A stretch of DNA of 32,352 nucleotides, from the NCBI GenBank assembly GCA_918234285.1, contig CAKJXZ020000019.1, forward strand, positions 1-32,352, in the 5' to 3' direction. The position numbers and the translations under genes were made by a program. The notes under the pieces were generated by a model. The model saw only the letters and a list, made by a program, of their open reading frames with translations. It had not been told where the DNA came from and ran no database searches. This document shows, piece after piece, positions 25,712-32,352 of the stretch. How positions within the stretch are numbered: position 1 is the stretch's first letter; every line of letters starts with the position of its first letter. Source of the stretch: Pseudomonadota bacterium. GTDB taxonomy: Bacteria > Pseudomonadota > Alphaproteobacteria > RF32 > CAG-239.

Positions 25712-25906
25712 GGAATATCTCCCTTTGCATGGTCGTACCACATACTTTATTTGTAGCATTATTGGTCGATTTTGTCAATCATTTTTATTATCATCCGCAT
25801 TTCTTAAACCTCAAAAATTTATCCGCCGAATGCATTTTAAGGTTGAATTTACAAAGTAAAGTCTTTATTATGCCGTAATTAACGAGAAACAAATTTAGGT
25901 AATAAA

Positions 25907-27229
25907 ATGTCAGAAATTAAAGTAAGATTTGCCCCGAGCCCTACCGGTTTTATGCACATCGGCAACACGCGTACGGCGCTGTTTAACTGGCTCTTGGCCA
26001 AAAAACTGGGCGGAAAGTTTATGCTCCGTATTGATGATACGGATTTTGCCCGCTCCAAAAAAGAATATGAAGACGCTATGCGCGAAAGCCTTAAATGGCT
26101 TGGTTTTGATTGGTGTGAAGAAGCCCGTCAGTCCGCACGTTTCGAGCGTTATGACGCCATGCGCGACAAACTCATTGCCCAAGGCCGCATTTATCCGTGT
26201 TACGACACACCGGAAGAATTGCAAATCAAGCGCAAACGCGCCATGTCCAAAGGCGAAGCGCCGATTTATGACCGTCAGGCCTTGCGCTATACGCCGGATG
26301 ATATTGCACGTTTTGAAGCCGAAGGACGCAAACCGCACTACCGATTCAAGCTCAATCCGGGGATTATCGAATGGGAAGATATTGTGCGCGGACATTGCCA
26401 ATATGAGGCAGAAAAATTAAGCGACCCGATTATCATTCGCGAAGACGGCAGTTATCTGTATCACTTCCCGTCCTGCATTGACGATTCCGATTTCGGCATT
26501 ACCCACATTGTGCGCGGCGAAGACCACGTTACCAATACCGCGGCACAAATCCAGATGTTTGAGGCCATCGGCGGCAAAGTTCCGACTTTTGCTCATCTGC
26601 CGCTGTTGACCGGTGTGGAGGGTAAGCTTTCCAAGCGTTTGGGCAGTTTAGGTGTGCGCGAACTCAAAGCCGAAGGTGTGGAAGCTCTGGCCATCTGCTC
26701 GTTCTTGGCTAAACTCGGCACTTCCGATGCCATCGAGCCGTATTACTCTCTTGATGAACTGGCACAATCGCTTGATTTTGCCAAACTCGGCCGCTCACAG
26801 CCGAAATTTGACGAAGAAGAACTCAAGCATTTCAACACCAAATTCGTGCGCTCTCTGCCGTATGCGGTAGTTAAGGACCGGGTTGACGTCAGCGAAGAAT
26901 TCTGGAACAAAGTGCGCCCGAATTTAAATGTGGTTGATGACATTAAGGCTTGGGCTGATATTTGTCATCACGAAGTAACTCCGGTTATGGAAGATAAAGC
27001 ATTGACCGATTTGGCTGCTTCGGTATTACCGCCGGAACCGTGGGATGAAAACACGTTCAATGAGTGGCTGAATGAGGTTAAAGCGCAAAGCGGTAAAAAA
27101 GGCAAAGAGCTGTTTCACCCGATTCGCAAGGCCCTGACCGCGCTCGATAACGGACCGGAGCTGAAAACTCTGTTACCTCTCATCGGCTATGAAAGAACCT
27201 TAAAACGTCTCAAAGGCGAAAAAGCATAA
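25907..27229 (+). CDS. gltX: Glutamate--tRNA ligase
   Basis: RFAPSPTGFMHIGN, LRIDDTD, THIVRGEDH, KLSKR. Confidence 0.98.
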   Translation: MSEIKVRFAPSPTGFMHIGNTRTALFNWLLAKKLGGKFMLRIDDTDFARSKKEYEDAMRESLKWLGFDWCEEARQSARFERYDAMRDKLIAQGRIYPCYDTPEELQIKRKRAMSKGEAPIYDRQALRYTPDDIARFEAEGRKPHYRFKLNPGIIEWEDIVRGHCQYEAEKLSDPIIIREDGSYLYHFPSCIDDSDFGITHIVRGEDHVTNTAAQIQMFEAIGGKVPTFAHLPLLTGVEGKLSKRLGSLGVRELKAEGVEALAICSFLAKLGTSDAIEPYYSLDELAQSLDFAKLGRSQPKFDEEELKHFNTKFVRSLPYAVVKDRVDVSEEFWNKVRPNLNVVDDIKAWADICHHEVTPVMEDKALTDLAASVLPPEPWDENTFNEWLNEVKAQSGKKGKELFHPIRKALTALDNGPELKTLLPLIGYERTLKRLKGEKA

Positions 27230-27297
27230 CACTACTTTCCGCGTTATTCTTAGTGAACATTACGAGCGAAGAATCCGGATAAAAAAGAGGAAAAAAT

Positions 27298-28674
27298 ATG
27301 ACACAAATTTATTTGCACGATACTTTAAAACAACGCAAAGTCCCGTTTACACCGATTGATGAAAACAATGTACGGATATATGTCTGCGGCCCGACCGTTT
27401 ATGACAAAGCCCATCTCGGCAACGCCAAAACGCCGGTGGTCTACGATGTTTTGTATCGCCTGATGTGTCATGTTTACGGTAAAGACCACGTAACCTATGT
27501 TTCCAACATTACCGATGTTGACGACAAGATTTTGAACAAACACAGAGAAACCGGCAAGTCCATTCGCGAAATTACCGAACAAACTTATAATTGGTATATT
27601 GAAGATATGGCCAAGCTCAACGTTTTGGCACCGAATTATCGTCCGCGTGCTACCGAATATATTGCCGATATGATTGAGCTGGTCAAAAAATTGCTGGCAA
27701 ACGGCCACGCCTATGAAGCCGAAAAACAGGTTTTGTTTGATGTGGATTCAATGCCGGCATACGGCCGTCTTTCCGGCCGTTCGATGAAGGAAATGCTGGC
27801 CGGTGCACGTATTGAAGTAGCCGATTATAAAAAGAATCCGGCCGATTTTATTTTGTGGAAACCGTCGGATGCCGACCAACCGGGTTGGGACAGCCCGTGG
27901 GGTTACGGCCGTCCGGGTTGGCATTTGGAGTGCTCGGCGATGAGCTCCAAGTTGCTCGGCAACGATTTTGATATTCACGGCGGCGGCTCCGATTTGATTT
28001 TTCCGCACCATGAAAATGAGTTGGCGCAATCTTGCGGCGCGTTTCCGGGCACCAACTTTGCTCATTATTGGGTGCATACCGGTATGCTGATGATAAACGG
28101 CGTCAAAATGAGTAAGTCGCTCGGCAATTTTTACACGGTTGATGAAATCCTGGCAAAATATCCGGCCGAAGCTTTGCGCTTGTTGTTTTTAACCACGCAC
28201 TATCATCAGCCGTTCAACTTTACTTTTGAAGGATTGCAAAATGCCAAGAGCGTGTTGGATAAATTCTATAATGCCCTTTTGAAAAATGCCGATGTGCCGA
28301 CCAAAGAGGTTGCACCGAACCCGAAGGTGGTAGAAGCGCTGGCCGATGATTTGAACACTCCGTTAGCCTTGTCTTATCTGCACGAAACCGTAAATAATTT
28401 AAACAAAGCCGAAACTGCCGAAGAGCGTACTGCGCTCAAATCCGAATTGTTGGCCGATGCCTATATGCTGGGGCTATTGTATAATGAGCCGGAAGCATGG
28501 TTCAAGGGCGAAAACAATGACGAAGCAACCGAAATCGAGGCGCTGATTCAGCAACGTGCCGAAGCTAAAAAGAATAAGGATTGGGCCACCGCCGACGCTA
28601 TTCGCAATTCGCTCAAAGAACGCGGCATCATTTTGGAAGATTCCCCGTCCGGCACTACTTGGAAAAAGGCATAA
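27298..28674 (+). CDS. cysS: Cysteine--tRNA ligase
   Basis: YVCGPTVY, HLGN, GRPGWHLECSAM, DIHGGGSDLIFPHHENE, KMSKS. Confidence 0.99.
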   Translation: MTQIYLHDTLKQRKVPFTPIDENNVRIYVCGPTVYDKAHLGNAKTPVVYDVLYRLMCHVYGKDHVTYVSNITDVDDKILNKHRETGKSIREITEQTYNWYIEDMAKLNVLAPNYRPRATEYIADMIELVKKLLANGHAYEAEKQVLFDVDSMPAYGRLSGRSMKEMLAGARIEVADYKKNPADFILWKPSDADQPGWDSPWGYGRPGWHLECSAMSSKLLGNDFDIHGGGSDLIFPHHENELAQSCGAFPGTNFAHYWVHTGMLMINGVKMSKSLGNFYTVDEILAKYPAEALRLLFLTTHYHQPFNFTFEGLQNAKSVLDKFYNALLKNADVPTKEVAPNPKVVEALADDLNTPLALSYLHETVNNLNKAETAEERTALKSELLADAYMLGLLYNEPEAWFKGENNDEATEIEALIQQRAEAKKNKDWATADAIRNSLKERGIILEDSPSGTTWKKA

Positions 28675-28689
28675 ATCTAAAAAAGGATA

Positions 28690-28718
28690 TTGACAAGCCC
28701 GAAAACTTCAGATATAAG
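28690..28718 (+). promoter_or_regulatory. Promoter of the tRNA-Thr locus
   Basis: TTGACA-17 bp-TATAAG, 15 bp upstream of the tRNA 5' end. Confidence 0.7.
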
Positions 28719-28733
28719 AATCACGAATTAAAC

Positions 28734-28775
28734 GCCGACATAGCTCAGTTGGTAGAGCAACTGATTTGTAATCAG
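28734..28775 (+). pseudogene. 5' fragment of tRNA-Thr (TGT); probable att junction
   Basis: GCCGACATAGCTCAGTTGGTAGAGCAACTGATTTGTAATCAG then CGAACAATTTT; no T-arm or acceptor 3' strand. Confidence 0.85.
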
Positions 28776-28812
28776 CGAACAATTTTCCAAACAATCAAAA
28801 AATATTTAATAA

Positions 28813-28825
28813 AATCAATATGTTA
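28813..28825 (+). promoter_or_regulatory. IHF-like binding site in the att arm
   Basis: AATCAA-TATG-TTA matches WATCAANNNNTTR; second match at 30230-30242. Confidence 0.55.
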
Positions 28826-28941
28826 TGCAATTTATTTTTTGCATAAACCACCGCTTTTTTGCCCGAGTGAGCGCCGAGTGAGTGAATTTAATACTGTTGC
28901 CTACAATTCTATTCATTTTAATACATAATGCTTGATAAAAG

Positions 28942-28965
28942 AAAATCCGCCAAGCGGCGGACTTT
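28942..28965 (-). terminator. Probable integrase terminator
   Basis: AAAATCCGCC-AAGC-GGCGGACTTT, with a T tract on the minus strand. Confidence 0.6.
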
Positions 28966-28983
28966 GAGAGATGTTTTTCAGAG

Positions 28984-30150
28984 TTAAAAATTAACAATTT
29001 CACCGAGTAATTCAGCGGCTTCTCTAACCGGCTTACTTGATAAATAAGCATAACGTTCCGTAGTGCGTTGGCTTTTATGTCCGAGCATCTTGCTGACAAT
29101 ATATAATGACTCCCCATTTTCAACGCAAATACTTGCGCCCTGATGGCGCAAATCGTGTATGCGATAATCCTTTATACCTGCGTTCTTTAATATTGTGCCC
29201 CATGCCCTTTTGATGTCTTTTAATCTATCAGTATAATTCGGGCCTTTGAAAATATAATCATTCATTTCACGTTCCGGCAAATCATAAAGTTGTTTCAGGA
29301 TTTTTATAGCTGTATCGCTTAGATAAATCGGTTTCCAGCCGGTTTTACTTTCTGGTTGAAACAGGATTTTACGTTCCCAATCAACTCTGCTCCAAAGTGC
29401 TGTCAATATCTCATTTTTGCGTGCCGTGGTTAATAATAGCAATTTTATGGCAGAAACGGTATATATCATATCGCGTTTACGGTCTAAAGCCAAAATCAAT
29501 TCCGCCTTCAACGAATCCATCTCACTTTCGGATAAAATACGCTGTCTTGGTTGTTCCGGATAATGTTCGATATTTTCCAAATCTATAATTAAACCGCGCT
29601 CTTTTTTGATTTGTTTGCATAAAACACTTGCTAATGCCAACATTCTATTTGCACAATATGGAGCATTCGCTTTTGAAACGTGTATTGCTTCAAAATCTTT
29701 GCTTGTTAGGTCAAGCAATTTTTTCTTGCCGAGTTTGGGTTTTATATCGTGTTCCCAATATGTCTTATTATTTTTTAGGTATTGTTCTGGATTTCTATGT
29801 TTTGGAACAAAATTTTTTACAAAGCAGTTATCCCAAAATTCTTCGAGCGTTTCACAATCTCGATATTCTTCCTTTTGTTCTTGTGGATCTTCGCCATTTT
29901 TTACTTTTAATAAAAACTCTGCGGCTTTTTCTCTGGCAATTTGTGTCGGCATAAATGAAGTTTCGCCAAATAAATAATATCGTTGAATTGCATTTCTGCC
30001 GCCTTCCTTATGATAATAACGAAGCACATATTTCTTTTTACCGTTTGGAATAACTTTTAATCCAAAACCGGTAATTGTGTCGTCCCAAATATAATAAATC
30101 TTATCTGTTATTTCGGCTTTTTGAACAACCGTTTGCGTTATATGAACCAT
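28984..30150 (-). CDS. Tyrosine recombinase/integrase with N-terminal arm-binding domain
   Basis: WDDTITGFGLKV..GKKKYVLRY; ARKNEIL, HDLRH, LGHKS..TTERY catalytic residues intact. Confidence 0.96.
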   Translation of the reverse strand: MVHITQTVVQKAEITDKIYYIWDDTITGFGLKVIPNGKKKYVLRYYHKEGGRNAIQRYYLFGETSFMPTQIAREKAAEFLLKVKNGEDPQEQKEEYRDCETLEEFWDNCFVKNFVPKHRNPEQYLKNNKTYWEHDIKPKLGKKKLLDLTSKDFEAIHVSKANAPYCANRMLALASVLCKQIKKERGLIIDLENIEHYPEQPRQRILSESEMDSLKAELILALDRKRDMIYTVSAIKLLLLTTARKNEILTALWSRVDWERKILFQPESKTGWKPIYLSDTAIKILKQLYDLPEREMNDYIFKGPNYTDRLKDIKRAWGTILKNAGIKDYRIHDLRHQGASICVENGESLYIVSKMLGHKSQRTTERYAYLSSKPVREAAELLGEIVNF

Positions 30151-30286
30151 TTTTACCTCTCAATTAAAATTTATCTCTCTATACTATTCTGGCATACCCA
30201 CCGCCGAGTGCAAGTTCTTTTTTAGGTAAAATCAACAACTTACAATATTTTACAATTAAAAACAACGACAAACTGTTAATAGAATC

Positions 30287-30958
30287 TTAATTAAAGTAAC
30301 CGGTCATCTTTGCAACCTGCAGATTCGGCGAATCCCAAGTATTAAAGGTTTCCAAAGTTAAACTATTGCCATGAATAACGCGTACGCTTAAACCGAGCAG
30401 ACTAAGCTGCGTGTATGTCATATCCACACACAACGCGTCAATATCTGTCGCCTCTATATAAATCTTGCCGCCTAAATTATCGTAACCGCGATTTTTCATA
30501 CACCGAACCAAACCAATAACCATCGCACCGGAACCGCACGCTGGCTCTGCAACTCTAAAATAACCTTTTTCCTTTAAGGCATTTTCCACGTCGTCACCCA
30601 AAGTTATTTCGGCCATAAATTCGCAAATATGTGGCGGTGTGAAAAACTGGCCGTTAAAATGTTGGCTCAAGTTCAATTTTTCAAAAATTGTTCCGAGATA
30701 ATCTTTCGGCTCTTGTAATAATAATGACGTTAAATTCGCCAACATCAGCGGAAAATAGTCATTAAAAACCTCTTTTTTATACTTGCCGACAACTTTCAAA
30801 TACTCATTTTCGCGGCTTTCGTATAAATCCCGATAACAGCTTTTTGCCATTATCGGGTTATCTTTATAGGCATTATGCAAAGAACAACTGCATATCTTGC
30901 AAAAATCCTCGAATACTTGATACAAAGGAAAATGGCTTAATCTTGAAACTGTTTCCAA
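30287..30958 (-). CDS. N-6 DNA methylase-like SAM-binding domain protein; frame open upstream to 31018
   Basis: DYLGTIFE, GQFFTPPHI, EPACGSGAM, VIHGNSL; only a weak TTG start. Confidence 0.8.
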   Translation of the reverse strand: METVSRLSHFPLYQVFEDFCKICSCSLHNAYKDNPIMAKSCYRDLYESRENEYLKVVGKYKKEVFNDYFPLMLANLTSLLLQEPKDYLGTIFEKLNLSQHFNGQFFTPPHICEFMAEITLGDDVENALKEKGYFRVAEPACGSGAMVIGLVRCMKNRGYDNLGGKIYIEATDIDALCVDMTYTQLSLLGLSVRVIHGNSLTLETFNTWDSPNLQVAKMTGYFN

Positions 30959-30987
30959 CTTCTCGATTAAGCCTTTTTCTTCAAAAA

Positions 30988-31707
30988 CTACTTCTTGCTT
31001 TTCTTGCTCGATTTTTTTTTAGCCTTTGCCGACTTCTTTGTCTTTTTGAAATTCGGCTCAACTTCCTTAGATTTACTGGCTTGTTCGAATACTGCCTCAT
31101 CTTCCGGTGTCATAGGTTCCGGCTTTAATTCAGCTTCATTGTCCTCATATTCCACCGCCAAAGAGATTTCAGAAACATTAAGAGGAGCATTTTCGTTTTG
31201 CTCCTCTTGTGTTACGTCTTCGCTTTCCATTTCCTGCTGTTCGTAAACCATTTTACCGTCGCTGTCGTATTTTATGACGTGACATTCGGCAACAACTTGC
31301 GGTTTCTTTTCTTCTTCCGGTGCATCCATGCCTTTACGTTTTGCATACTGTTGGCAAAAATCAATAAATTCGGCACTTACTGTCGCCGGTTGCTTTTTAG
31401 TAATTGTGTCGTTAAAAATCCGCTCAATGTCTATTATGGTAATTTTTCCGAACTTCTCGCTATAGTCAGCGATTGCACCATCACGCTGAACCGCGCTGTA
31501 ATCATTGTCGCTATAAACATTGACCATAGGAGCAAAGCCGTCGAATTTCATAAAAAAGTGGAACTTATTATAAAAGTCATACATAGCAACTTTTAAGCCA
31601 TCGCCGGTTTCCATTGTGGCAATCGGCTTTTTGCGAGTTAATGTCGGTTTACGGTTTCTGAATATCATCTCGGTATAGCCCGGATATTTATTTACATCAA
31701 ATGTCAT
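30988..31707 (-). CDS. Hypothetical protein with acidic then Lys-rich C-terminus; possibly the N-terminal part of a frameshifted fusion
   Basis: AAGGAG RBS; 239 aa; A9 run shortly before the stop. Confidence 0.75.
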   Translation of the reverse strand: MTFDVNKYPGYTEMIFRNRKPTLTRKKPIATMETGDGLKVAMYDFYNKFHFFMKFDGFAPMVNVYSDNDYSAVQRDGAIADYSEKFGKITIIDIERIFNDTITKKQPATVSAEFIDFCQQYAKRKGMDAPEEEKKPQVVAECHVIKYDSDGKMVYEQQEMESEDVTQEEQNENAPLNVSEISLAVEYEDNEAELKPEPMTPEDEAVFEQASKSKEVEPNFKKTKKSAKAKKKSSKKSKK

Positions 31708-31718
31708 TTTCGTTCTCC

Positions 31719-32090
31719 TTAATATTCTTCTGGTAATAAAATTGTTAAAACACGGTTTGTGAGTGCCGGATTACTTGGGTCTTCCGAACAAAACTCATGG
31801 TTCAAGTCATAATAATCAATCTTCCAAAATACCTGAACATCATCAACTTCAAGACTTCCGAAGTCATGTTCATTATATGGGTCATTTTCATAATCAAATT
31901 CGTTAAACTCTCTGACTTTCTGTAAAACCTTTGCTTTTAATACCGGCTCTAAGTTATCAATACCATCGGTTATCAAAACTTGTCCGCCGATAAAAGTCTT
32001 GCGGAATTTATCGTTAAGTTCTCTAATTTGCTTTCTTTTATTCGGATTGTTTTGCCAATCGTCATCTAAAATATTTTCTGCCATATTCAT
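31719..32090 (-). CDS. DUF3768 domain-containing protein
   Basis: IRELNDKFR, NDPYNEHDFG, FWKIDYYD, TNRVLTILLPEEY. Confidence 0.85.
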   Translation of the reverse strand: MNMAENILDDDWQNNPNKRKQIRELNDKFRKTFIGGQVLITDGIDNLEPVLKAKVLQKVREFNEFDYENDPYNEHDFGSLEVDDVQVFWKIDYYDLNHEFCSEDPSNPALTNRVLTILLPEEY

Positions 32091-32352
32091 TTCTAACCTC
32101 TTGATTTTACTAAATTATCTTTACATATTCTATACTGACATATCCACGGTGAAACGCAAGTACTTTTTTTAATAAAAATGCTGATTTTTCAATAATTTAG
32201 CATTATTTTTAGGTAACAATTTATTACTAAAATATTTTTTATTGTTTTTTAATGATTCATTTTATATAGTGAATCTCGTTGGGATAAGCCCAATTCTCAA
32301 CTGGATATTGACAATCCAATCGACGCGGGCAAAGACATAGCTTTTGTATTAC

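Larger units (their letters stand above)
28776..32352. mobile_element. Integrative element (prophage/ICE/IME) inserted at tRNA-Thr, continuing beyond the window
   Basis: Integrase next to the interrupted tRNA, visibly AT-richer DNA, IHF-like sites, methylase-like and DUF3768 genes. Confidence 0.8.

Noticed and set aside
1069-28077. Numerous long antisense ORFs over thrS, glyS, the oxidoreductases, gltX and cysS
   Set aside because: Typical shadow ORFs fully nested opposite well-supported genes.
28734-28983. Intron-split tRNA-Thr
   Set aside because: The break follows the anticodon stem rather than lying in the loop, and I found no 3' exon or intron core in the window.
28581-29123. ORFs 28581-28928 (+) and 28815-29123 (-)
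   Set aside because: Overlap cysS, the tRNA fragment, the att arm and the integrase; no recognisable motifs.

Overview
Chromosomal segment of a bacterium, probably an alphaproteobacterium (inferred from the ThrRS and GT4 sequences, the AapJ- and MlaC-like genes, and gltX-cysS adjacency). Housekeeping genes (thrS, gltX, cysS, tRNA-Trp, L,D-transpeptidase, MlaC) are interspersed with orphan genes. The main feature is a six-gene minus-strand operon at 14196-22071, just downstream of tRNA-Trp. It encodes a strongly divergent SerRS-like protein, a SAM methyltransferase, a glycosyltransferase whose N-terminus resembles cytosylglucuronate (CGA) synthases, a Gfo/Idh/MocA + Zn-ribbon + phosphotransferase fusion, an FAD oxidoreductase and a DegT aminotransferase. 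It is followed by a Firmicutes-type glyQS with atypical residues. I infer a candidate aminoacyl-nucleoside or amino-sugar biosynthetic cluster. tRNA-Trp is followed by two ~170-bp repeats holding direct and inverted copies of its own 3' end. At the right, a tyrosine-integrase element abuts a tRNA-Thr(TGT) of which only the 5' 42 nt remain; the element carries a methylase-like ORF separated from the upstream ORF by an A9 frameshift, plus a DUF3768 gene. The window opens with a perfect 142-bp palindrome, probably an assembly fold-back. All family calls come from motif recognition, not database searches.
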